Shown here one piece after another: positions 57,701 through 64,000 of a stretch of 64,000 nt of DNA. Each line of letters starts with the position of its first letter. The stretch's first letter is position 1. Both the position numbers and the translations under genes were made by a program. Under the pieces are notes generated by a model. That model worked only from the letters and a program-made list of their open reading frames with translations, was not told the DNA's origin and did no database searches. Source of the DNA: a virus; IMG/VR virus record IMGVR_UViG_3300027896_000011, positions 1-64,000 of that record, one strand, 5' to 3'.

Positions 57701-60025
57701 CGTGGAACTATTATCCCTGAACCATCTTTAGGTCTGGATGAAGTAGGTCTCCCAAGAGAAGCAGCGATTGAAGTATATAAGCCATTTGTAATTCGTGAAT
57801 TACGAAATCTATTGGGAATACCGCCTTTACAGGCGCAAAAAAAATTGGCGGAAGGTGGGGAGATAGTAGACCGTGCTTTACAAAAAGTTATATCTACTAG
57901 GCCTATTTTGCTTAAACGTGATCCGGTACTACATAAGTACGGGGTACAAGCGTTTAAGCCACGTATAGTTGGTGGTAAAGCTGTACAGGTTCACCCTCTA
58001 GTTACCAGTGGTTTTAACGCAGACTTTGATGGCGATGCAATGGGTGCTTTCGTACCTGTAAGTATGGATGCTGTAGCAGAAGCATATAAAATGCTTCCAT
58101 CTAGGAACCTATTCAGTCCGTCTAGCGGGGAGATCATGTATGCTCCCACTAACGAGAGCAGATTAGGTCTATATGGTATTACTCAGACTGGTAAAGATAC
58201 TAATCATAAGTTCACTAATATGCAGGACTTAGAGACTGCTATTAGAACAGGCGCAGTAACCTTTACAGATCAAGTAACCGTTGGCGGTATTAAATCAAGC
58301 GCTGGTAAGTTTATGGTTGCTGGAGCCCTTCCAGAAACTATGCGTAGAGAAATATTAGAACGAAAAACACCTCTAGATAAAAAAGCACAAGAAGAACTCT
58401 TTACTCAAGTAGCTAGAGAACACAAGAATGATTATGGTGAAGTAGCTAATAAGCTAAAAGATCTGGGCAATAAGTGGGCTACAGACACTGCCTTCTCTTT
58501 CGGTATGACAGATATTGCGCCGGAACGACAAGTAAGAGATAGGATTCTTGCTGCTGCAGATGCTCAAGTTCATAAACTCACTGGGGCAAATAAAGATAGT
58601 AAAAAGATAGACATATACTCCAAGGCAACGGAGGAAATGAATAAGCATTTGAAGGCAACTCCTGAAAGCCAAAACAACATTATGATTCTACATAATGTGG
58701 GCATGAAAGGAGGCACGGATACTTTGAGACAAATACGTGCTACTCCTATGCTTATGAGTAATCATAAAGGAGAAATCCTCCCTAATCCTATCCGCAAATC
58801 TTATGCCGAAGGATTGGATGTTGCAGACTACTGGACGGCTATTAGTGGTGGTCGTAAAGGTATTATTCAGAAAGTTCAATCTGTTGCCGAACCTGGTTAT
58901 ATCAGCAAACAGGTAATGAACTCTGTTATGAATAACCTTATCTTAGATCATGATTGTGGTACTGATAAAGGCATCTCTTTGCCGGTAGATGAAAAAGATA
59001 TTTTAGGTAGATTTACTGCTGCGGATATTAATGTAGGCGGACATGTAATAAAATCTGGTGCATTAATTACCCCAGAAATGCGTAGTACGCTACGTAATAA
59101 TAATATTGGTAAAGTAGTAGTCAGGTCTCCTTTGCGTTGTTTACATGGTCCTGGTCTTTGCCAGAAATGCAACGGATTAACGGAGAATGGAGAATTACCA
59201 GCAAAAGGTTTGAACGTAGGTGTATTAGCTGGTCAAGCATTAGGAGAACGTAGCGTACAGTTGGCTATGAAGGCTTTCCATAGTGGAGGTAGCGCTGCTT
59301 CAAGGAGTGGTTTAGTTGATGATTTTGAACGTGTAAAAAATCTACTATCATTCCCGAAAATACTTCCTGGTTCTGCTACGCTTAGTGAGTTGAATGGTAA
59401 GGTAACAAAAATAGCTCCCTCACCTGCTGGTGGTCATGAAGTAAGCATAGAAGACAAAGTACACTATATTCCTCACGCGTTAGGGGCTCCTGTATACAAT
59501 GGACAACCTTTAAAAGTTGGTACGGAAGTAAAAAAGGGGAGTCCTATCTCTAACGGATTGATAAACCCTCATGAGATGTTAACGCTTACAGGAGTAGAGC
59601 CAGTACAACTTCATCTCGCTAGTGAGCTAAGTAATGCTTATGCAGATTCCGGAATCCGTAGAAGAAATCATGAAATTGTAGTTAAAGCACTAACTAATCT
59701 CACTAAGGTCAAAGACCCTGGCTCTTCATCCGGACTTATCCGTGGTGATTTTGCTTCTACAACATATGTATCTAACATTAATAGAAACATGCCAAAAGGC
59801 TCTAGACCTATAGTACATGAGCCCATACTTAAAGGCGTTAATGTGCTACCTTTGGAAATGCAAGAAGACTGGATTGCAAAACTTAATCATGAGAATCTAT
59901 CGGAAACCATTATAGATGCAGCTCAAAGAGGATGGACTAGTAGCTTACATGGACTACATCCTATTCCAGCTGTAATTTATGGAGCTGAGATTGGATTACC
60001 CGGTAAAGGAAAGGTCGGATATTAA
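51719..60025 (+). CDS. rpoBC: Single-chain beta-beta' fused DNA-directed RNA polymerase (~2056 aa spliced) with two inteins
   Basis: Beta motifs DQTNPL, TPEG, GYNFDDG, GDKL|TARHGNKG, KLHHQVEKKLSAR. Beta' motifs PILPPSMRP, RDPVLH, catalytic NADFDGD (58016-58036), GRKG, VRSPLRC, QLAMKAFH. Confidence 0.95.
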   Translation: MARIAPEEGFELLKDRVQKAVSGFFPIIGRKNTLELHDISVKDNLNIDDIRSQKHAKLSGRSWTVPVEATIALKDNTTGSIIDKQKMNLLNLPKVTRRYGHIVDGQEYQIDNQWRLKPGIYNMVKQDGAIESHFNAAGGFKIHFDPKSRQFTLNYGNSNMPLRPFLHAMGVSEEEVENRWGKDIATVNHADSSKELIKFYRASTGDKTVKPTIDEAKSHLWDVMQKTVLRPEVTKFTLGKEYTNVTGHTLLDASDKLLKISRGEAQPDPRDALMFKDLHSIEDFAAERLIKGSREILRKVNNNIDRKDKVRDIIAPEIFNRPIKQMFGKNSLAIVTDQTNPLEMFSANMKTTIMGDGGIKSEHTVSDEAKLIDPSHLGFLDPIHTPEGCYDSETEVYTKTGWKKWITVTEQDQLACRVDGRLEFHLPTNLINAPYKGKMYGVNTARNKQRRKREIDYLVTPNHRIYCRTRDLRGKALFRIETADVVHGKARDLELGHDPYLGSKETGVFHLPYVKGNNSSKNVDEINIGDWAQFIGWFLSEGNCTYDDVGSHYSVCISQSIVTSRTNCEIIEALLDRLPFAWSFSEREDGKRTYRVSTKQLAHYVSQFGLSYNKSIPEYFFECSVETREYLLEALLLGDGRKNSHRATGASYKQLVYCTVSPQLALDVERLAISLGRPVSMCRYADDREERYRDVYEVRLLCQTKREIQGAKGHFYTSEYDGTIHCATVPGGLLYVRRGTGLAHWSGNSATGITLRLPLGVHKIGHDVAIKMYNTKTGKVENVNPTVAYKSHIALPDQITWEGNKPKAAGKVVKISGPGNEIYDGTLKDADYVMKSPMQMFSISSNMIPFMPSDHPNRSTMAGRQMEQAISLKHREIPLVQSLAGKESFDRILGSFASHSATVSGTVSKIKPDAIVIKRPNGTKEEVFIYDHFPLNENKAFMHAEPLVKVGDKVTKGQVIADTNYTKDGVLAIGTNLRTGFMPYKGYNFDDGIVVSESAAQKLTSEHLHRHSLERDVSHILDKKKFTAYMPTVLNKTQYDKLDEEGVIKPGTVVMPGDTLIAALRASNNPERKEDLELSKLHKSIVKPYKDSSIKWESDYPGVVKEVVKIGKNVSVHVKTEEALDIGDKLCYDEKHELLTTRGWVPVKDVKVSDEVCSLNPETDAIEYLCPEKTVSYDCVEDDLYVLETTQVSMAVTMEHKTYAKPRGADRHSLIPVSQLVGKRYHLKQHGKWVGEDRETFEFPSMVVKAGQSGNGTRVLPSIQMPMDTFLMLLGMYLSEGNNYGGNGDYYIEITQIKQPGRAQTEEALALAGIRFTRTPEKIRIHGKQLYEYFVQFGHAVNKFIPDWIFQLPKKRLQVLYKWLMWGDGCEKGTTHVYTTISPQLADDVQRLVFHLGKAGRVVWEPGYRGQIEGRYYDFKPRYRVRVIRTKLEPTINHGHSNSQGGQKETIEKYTGKVYCVALPRNHVLYTRRNGKCHWSGNTARHGNKGIVTRIIPDHDMPHTKDGKHLEVLLNPLSVMGRTNLGQVLEVAAAKVAEKTGKPYMVKNFSPNTDLHAQVTADLAKHGLTDKEEVIDPVTNRVMGNVLVGPMHIFKLHHQVEKKLSARAGGYGYDYDKDMIPKGGGPRGAKSLGTLGLYSMLAHGATSNLREMQTYKSDASQGDQFWSALQAGEMLPTPKPTFAYNKFLGYIRGLGVNVQKTGNNLTLMPMTDKQIIEQSNGEITDPAKSVTAKNMKPEIGGLFDPKVTGGIDGTKWGFYTLPESMPNPVFESAITRLLGMKQKEFAGLIGGTLAVDPKTGKIGDSQKIEGGLVGGKAFAHMLSKIDVKKDLAAAKVALDKPTLRGTYLDHANSKVKLLEALNKVGMTPVEAYMSKVIPILPPSMRPVPVLPNGTISEEDLNGLYKNLHLSASRYAKMSPLIPEDDQSKVEIRQEVYDGLRAIAGLGGYPHQIRRGILDYIHGKKMDTRTDAKIGSPKEGFFQDKLVERKQDMSMRGTIIPEPSLGLDEVGLPREAAIEVYKPFVIRELRNLLGIPPLQAQKKLAEGGEIVDRALQKVISTRPILLKRDPVLHKYGVQAFKPRIVGGKAVQVHPLVTSGFNADFDGDAMGAFVPVSMDAVAEAYKMLPSRNLFSPSSGEIMYAPTNESRLGLYGITQTGKDTNHKFTNMQDLETAIRTGAVTFTDQVTVGGIKSSAGKFMVAGALPETMRREILERKTPLDKKAQEELFTQVAREHKNDYGEVANKLKDLGNKWATDTAFSFGMTDIAPERQVRDRILAAADAQVHKLTGANKDSKKIDIYSKATEEMNKHLKATPESQNNIMILHNVGMKGGTDTLRQIRATPMLMSNHKGEILPNPIRKSYAEGLDVADYWTAISGGRKGIIQKVQSVAEPGYISKQVMNSVMNNLILDHDCGTDKGISLPVDEKDILGRFTAADINVGGHVIKSGALITPEMRSTLRNNNIGKVVVRSPLRCLHGPGLCQKCNGLTENGELPAKGLNVGVLAGQALGERSVQLAMKAFHSGGSAASRSGLVDDFERVKNLLSFPKILPGSATLSELNGKVTKIAPSPAGGHEVSIEDKVHYIPHALGAPVYNGQPLKVGTEVKKGSPISNGLINPHEMLTLTGVEPVQLHLASELSNAYADSGIRRRNHEIVVKALTNLTKVKDPGSSSGLIRGDFASTTYVSNINRNMPKGSRPIVHEPILKGVNVLPLEMQEDWIAKLNHENLSETIIDAAQRGWTSSLHGLHPIPAVIYGAEIGLPGKGKVGY
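52883..53962 (+). mobile_element. RNAP intein A (360 aa, LAGLIDADG)
   Basis: TPEG|CYD...VTPNH...WSGN|S; IGWFLSEG, LEALLLGDG. Confidence 0.9.
55109..56164 (+). mobile_element. RNAP intein B (352 aa, LAGLIDADG)
   Basis: GDKL|CYD...VTMEH...WSGN|T; LGMYLSEG, LMWGDG. Confidence 0.9.
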
Positions 60026-61227
60026 TGGGGTCAACGTTTCATAACTCTGTAACAACTACCGGAAACAGAGCTCCAAGACTTGAAACAGGTATAGTGTCTA
60101 GCGTCAACCCACAGAACATGACACTAGATTGGGTGGCCCAACATACCGGAAAACAACAAGCTGGGGTTCAAATTATGACCCCTTATATTCATTATAATAA
60201 CGGCGAGGGCTTTACCTGTTTGCCAGAGCCAGGTGCTGTTTGTGTTTTATGTTGGCCCTCAGATGAAGAATCTCCCTTTGTTATGGGGTTTATTACCCCA
60301 CCAGAATCGGCCCCAGCTAATGCCGGTAGTACAGATAAAAGTGCTTCTCCACCTGTAGTTAAAACTGCTTCATCTACTGGAGCTGCAACACCAGCATTAT
60401 CAGACGCTAGCTATAGGTGCAATAGACCTGTCTTGAATCCAGGAGATATGCTGTGGCAAGGTAGAGATGAGAATTTTATAGCTTTGCGTAGGGGTGGTGT
60501 TCTTCAGATAGGTTCTACCAACATTTGTCAACGGGTGTATATTCCTGTTGGAAATTATATTAGAGATTTTTGTGAAAATTGGGAGGTGAATACTGCTGCA
60601 GGTTCTATGAGCTGGGTAGTGCACCCTTCTGAAAGTACCCCGGAAAGTAATGCTCCTACAGAATTCTCTCTTATAGTCAGAGAATATGCTCAAGATAAAA
60701 TGGCCTCTATTAAGGTAAGTGTAGGTTCTTTATTCAATGAACCTAAGTTGCCTAGCGGAGTAGATTCTTTTTTAGAGATTATTATTGCTCCAGATAACAT
60801 TGATCCAAAAGATGGAACTGTATCGAGTCCCTTGTACACACTACGTATAGGTAAAGATGGTAGTACTGAAACAATTCAGGCTGATCGAAAAGTAACTATC
60901 AACGGTAAAGATAATCTAGACGTTGAAGGAGATCAAACTATCTATGTAAAAGGGGATAGAGCATTGACTGTAGATGGCGCAATTACAGAAGCAGTCAAAG
61001 GTGCATATAGCATCACCGGAGAAAAAGGAAGTGCAGAGATTTGGCATGAGGTTAAGTCAATAGATGCTGCTGCCGTGAAACTAGGTTCAGCAAGCGCTTC
61101 CGAGCCAGCTGTTCTTGGATTACAATTATTAAATTGGCTCGCAACGCATACGCATGTGCCTAATGGACCACCTACAAGTTCCCCCACATTATCTAGTATT
61201 CTTGCCAAGAAAACTTATGTAGCGTAA
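60025..61227 (+). CDS. Baseplate central spike (gp5/gpV/VgrG-like)
   Basis: OB-fold GIVSSVNP...LPEPGAVCVL; beta-helix repeats INGKDNLDVEGDQTIYVKGD; C-terminal THTH metal site. Confidence 0.75.
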   Translation: MGSTFHNSVTTTGNRAPRLETGIVSSVNPQNMTLDWVAQHTGKQQAGVQIMTPYIHYNNGEGFTCLPEPGAVCVLCWPSDEESPFVMGFITPPESAPANAGSTDKSASPPVVKTASSTGAATPALSDASYRCNRPVLNPGDMLWQGRDENFIALRRGGVLQIGSTNICQRVYIPVGNYIRDFCENWEVNTAAGSMSWVVHPSESTPESNAPTEFSLIVREYAQDKMASIKVSVGSLFNEPKLPSGVDSFLEIIIAPDNIDPKDGTVSSPLYTLRIGKDGSTETIQADRKVTINGKDNLDVEGDQTIYVKGDRALTVDGAITEAVKGAYSITGEKGSAEIWHEVKSIDAAAVKLGSASASEPAVLGLQLLNWLATHTHVPNGPPTSSPTLSSILAKKTYVA

Positions 61228-61230
61228 ATC

Positions 61231-61527
61231 ATGCCTTTAAATCCAAATACACTTTCAGGTAATATACACTCATTGCTGAGGGCTACACCTATAGGGCAGT
61301 CCCCAGTTACTGCGGTTGATAAAACTTCAAATGCTGATGGAACAATTACAGTTAAAACATCAGTAGGGTCTATGCAAGACATCATTATGCCAGACCCTAT
61401 GGCACAGGTTATAGCTGATGCAGTAGCTAAAGCAGTGATAGCATATTTTCAAACTGAGGCTGTTATAGTAGGCACATGCCCTCCTGGAACAGCGGGTGGC
61501 CCGTTACTAGCAGGAAAGATTACGTAG
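61231..61527 (+). CDS. Small baseplate-associated protein
   Basis: Directly follows the spike gene. Confidence 0.5.
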   Translation: MPLNPNTLSGNIHSLLRATPIGQSPVTAVDKTSNADGTITVKTSVGSMQDIIMPDPMAQVIADAVAKAVIAYFQTEAVIVGTCPPGTAGGPLLAGKIT

Positions 61528-61535
61528 GAGAAATC

Positions 61536-63563
61536 ATGGACCTCTTTTTAGATCAAAATCCAATTCATATTGAGAAACTAGGTATGGAGTGCCTATTAAG
61601 TGAGGATGCTAACGATTGGCCTCAACAAATTCTAGATGAGCTATATCGTCAGGTCCCTTACGCTAGTGAGTATGCTCCTAAAGTTGTTCTTCGTGTAGTG
61701 GATTCTGATAGACGATATGGTCTTGGACATATCGAATTACTCAATAAGATGGCAATTAACCCACGAGATGATGATACCCCTGCTACATTAAAGGGTCGTC
61801 AAAAGGCAATAATTCCTGTCATTATTCAGGACGGAAAATTAAAGCAATTAGACGTATTGGTTTACGATGGTAAAGTAGAGCCACTCACGGAAGAACGTTT
61901 AAGAAGGGCTTTGTTCCGTCCCAATCTATTTGAAGCCATTCGTGAACGTCCTGGTGATGTGAGCCTTATTGAACAACTCTATCCGCCACATCGGCAATAT
62001 GGTGGTGCCCGTGGACCTATGATGGCAGATGTTGGTGCAGCAGGAGGGATAGGTAAAGAAAGCAGTGTTCATAGTGAATTTCTGTTTGATGCTATACTGC
62101 CTACCATTACTAGAGAGCAAGCTAATGAAGTTCTCAGTAAAGTAGGCGGGGATACTTCAGATGCATATAGCTTGGCAGGTACTTTGGCTAAGAATGCTGC
62201 GGCTAAAGAGATCATAAGCAAACTAGCTAAAATAGCTTCTGGCAATATTGTTACGGGAGAAGATTACCTACGAAAAATTGCTAGTTCTATTAAACCAAAC
62301 GTAGTTCAGGTTCGTAGAGTAGATAATGGTTTCCGTATCAAGACAGCTAATTCTGAAGCATTTATACCTGATGCCCAAGATATTCCTCGCCCTGCTGCTG
62401 TAGGTGCTCTTGGCGGAGATATGGTATCAAAAGTAGAAACTGATGGGACTACGACTATCACTACTCAGCCTGCTGTAAAACAAACATTAACTGATTTAGT
62501 GATCGAAGTAGTTAACAAGTTTGGGGTATATAAAGTCAAAACTCAAAATGAAAATCGTGAATTGATCGGATGGGTATTCCCTAAGATCATGGATTTTGAT
62601 GGCACACTACTACCTATGGCGCTGTTCACTAATGGTAGTGAATCTGCGGTACAAGAAAATATTGCAGGGGTGGCTGTTGCTAAGACTTCAGATCTTATTG
62701 ACGTAGACCCTGAAGGACTTGGCTGTTTCTATTACGCATCCTCAGAAGGCGCAATTGCATTTACCCCAGTTAATGTTACTGCAGTAGAAGAGACCCCGCA
62801 TGGTAGTAGCTTTCATTGTGATACTACTTTAGGGGAAAAGGTCATGGTTACTAAGGTACCTGGATTAAAAACCTCTGCCATGATTGAAGAAGGTCATTTC
62901 GGTATTCCAGAAGAGTGTGGATTTATCTCATTTAATAAGACTGTAGATTTAGCATCCTCTCCTGATGAGTTCACTAAAGTCGGTCAAGCACTTGCTATGA
63001 CTAATGCGGTACGTGTGATCACAGACGGTACTACATATACTTTTGAAGGACAAGTGATTGATAAGATTGCTAGTGTTACTCCTACGGAGTTTTTGGATAA
63101 AGATGATACTGTGTTCTTAGGTGCTGTACTCGGACAAGACCCAGATCAGTTCTCTAAAGATTTAGATACAATGCATAAGAGGGCAAGTCAAGAGCTTTGG
63201 TTTTCTTCTCGTCCAGTAACTTTAATGAGCGAGAGATATGCTAAAGCTAAGACTGCTGCAGCTACTCATCTTAATGGCTTACCTCTTCTTCGAGCATATT
63301 TATTAAAAGAAGCAGCACTTCTAGAAGACCCGACGGCAGTAGATAAAGTATTATCACTAGGGTTTATTACCCCTGAAAATGTTTCAATCTTTGCCGGGTA
63401 TATTCCAGAGTTTGAAACAGTTATACGGAAGTTAGCAGAATTACTAGTGGCTACAAGAATGGGTCTACATACCGTAGATGAAGGGGCGTTACAAAGGTCT
63501 TTGGTGCATCTAGATAAGGTAGTGAGCGGGTTAAAAACACTAGATGCGGCTCCACAGGCCTAA
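61536..63563 (+). CDS. Large K-x-A/G motif-rich protein (probable head protein)
   Basis: AGGAG RBS before ATG 61536; KLG, KLA, KIA x3, KRA, KTA, KEA. Confidence 0.6.
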   Translation: MDLFLDQNPIHIEKLGMECLLSEDANDWPQQILDELYRQVPYASEYAPKVVLRVVDSDRRYGLGHIELLNKMAINPRDDDTPATLKGRQKAIIPVIIQDGKLKQLDVLVYDGKVEPLTEERLRRALFRPNLFEAIRERPGDVSLIEQLYPPHRQYGGARGPMMADVGAAGGIGKESSVHSEFLFDAILPTITREQANEVLSKVGGDTSDAYSLAGTLAKNAAAKEIISKLAKIASGNIVTGEDYLRKIASSIKPNVVQVRRVDNGFRIKTANSEAFIPDAQDIPRPAAVGALGGDMVSKVETDGTTTITTQPAVKQTLTDLVIEVVNKFGVYKVKTQNENRELIGWVFPKIMDFDGTLLPMALFTNGSESAVQENIAGVAVAKTSDLIDVDPEGLGCFYYASSEGAIAFTPVNVTAVEETPHGSSFHCDTTLGEKVMVTKVPGLKTSAMIEEGHFGIPEECGFISFNKTVDLASSPDEFTKVGQALAMTNAVRVITDGTTYTFEGQVIDKIASVTPTEFLDKDDTVFLGAVLGQDPDQFSKDLDTMHKRASQELWFSSRPVTLMSERYAKAKTAAATHLNGLPLLRAYLLKEAALLEDPTAVDKVLSLGFITPENVSIFAGYIPEFETVIRKLAELLVATRMGLHTVDEGALQRSLVHLDKVVSGLKTLDAAPQA

Positions 63564-63578
63564 GTACTTGAGGGTACC

Positions 63579-64000
63579 GTGGCAGATCCAAAACACAGCC
63601 CCTGCGAATTCTTCTGCAAGTTCCTGATTTCAAAACGGGAATACGATATAGGTACGCTTATGGCTATTCTTGAGGACCATCAGTTAGCGTCTTTAGGTAG
63701 ACGCTACCTGGAGGAACTCAAAGAAAAGATGGAGCCATTCCCAGACCCATGGGTAACTACACCTACCGGGGAGGAAGAAAACTATAAGATAACTATGGAT
63801 TATCTGCGGAAACAGAATATCTATGAGTTATGGTTTCCTACCCCGGCAGTAAATGAAGCATTCAAAATACTTGGAGACCCAAGATTAAGAGAAAATACTG
63901 AACAGCTAATACTGTCTTCTTTACGCTTCGAAGAGATCGTAGCTAAACTCAATAAGTATCACGTTACTACTCTTACCGTAGAAGGCGTCTCTGCTTTCCA
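63579..64000 (+). CDS. Hypothetical protein, 3' truncated (MADPKHSPCEFFCKFLISK...)
   Basis: GTG start after GAGG; frame appears open to the window end. Confidence 0.55.
   Translation, partial: MADPKHSPCEFFCKFLISKREYDIGTLMAILEDHQLASLGRRYLEELKEKMEPFPDPWVTTPTGEEENYKITMDYLRKQNIYELWFPTPAVNEAFKILGDPRLRENTEQLILSSLRFEEIVAKLNKYHVTTLTVEGVSAF

Noticed and set aside
51719-60025. Host chromosomal rpoB-rpoC locus
   Set aside because: It is flanked by portal and spike genes, has no ribosomal protein genes nearby, and is strongly reduced and divergent.
861-63633. Numerous 60-120 aa antisense or nested ORFs in the ORF track
   Set aside because: They lie opposite or within well-supported genes and show no motifs. 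Only 38087-38710 has a recognisable domain.
1-64000. Stop-codon reassignment as in some large phages
   Set aside because: Genes are long and tightly packed under code 11, and TAA, TAG and TGA all end coupled genes.
1-64000. tRNA or rRNA genes
   Set aside because: No cloverleaf or rRNA-like segment was recognised in the few intergenic gaps; tRNAscan was not run.

Overview
The window is 64 kb of a large myovirus-like (probably jumbo) bacteriophage genome read in the standard genetic code. It has four blocks. (1) 1-20158 (+): end of a kelch-like repeat protein, a glycosyltransferase fusion, a phosphoesterase-ligase-kinase fusion, then baseplate and tail-fibre genes. (2) 20160-20870: a regulatory island with terminators, promoters, micro-ORFs and a probable ~90-nt sRNA whose loop is antisense to an RBS plus start codon. 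(3) 20873-40047 (-): a replication/recombination operon with RusA-like and Hjc-like resolvases, Cas4/RecB-like nuclease, RecA, HU, family A DNA polymerase split by a group I intron, SSB, DnaG primase, DnaB helicase (intein), an Hfq/Sm-like protein, DUF932, family-4 UDG and an SF2 helicase whose intein hides an out-of-frame homing endonuclease. Its last gene carries a -1 frameshift signal. (4) 40196-64000 (mostly +): probable head proteins rich in K-x-A motifs, a portal with three inteins, a single-chain beta-beta' RNA polymerase with two inteins, and a baseplate spike. Five copies of a non-canonical minus-strand promoter (WGMAAW-N17/18-TATAAG) recur. All family assignments come from motif recognition by eye, not from database searches.
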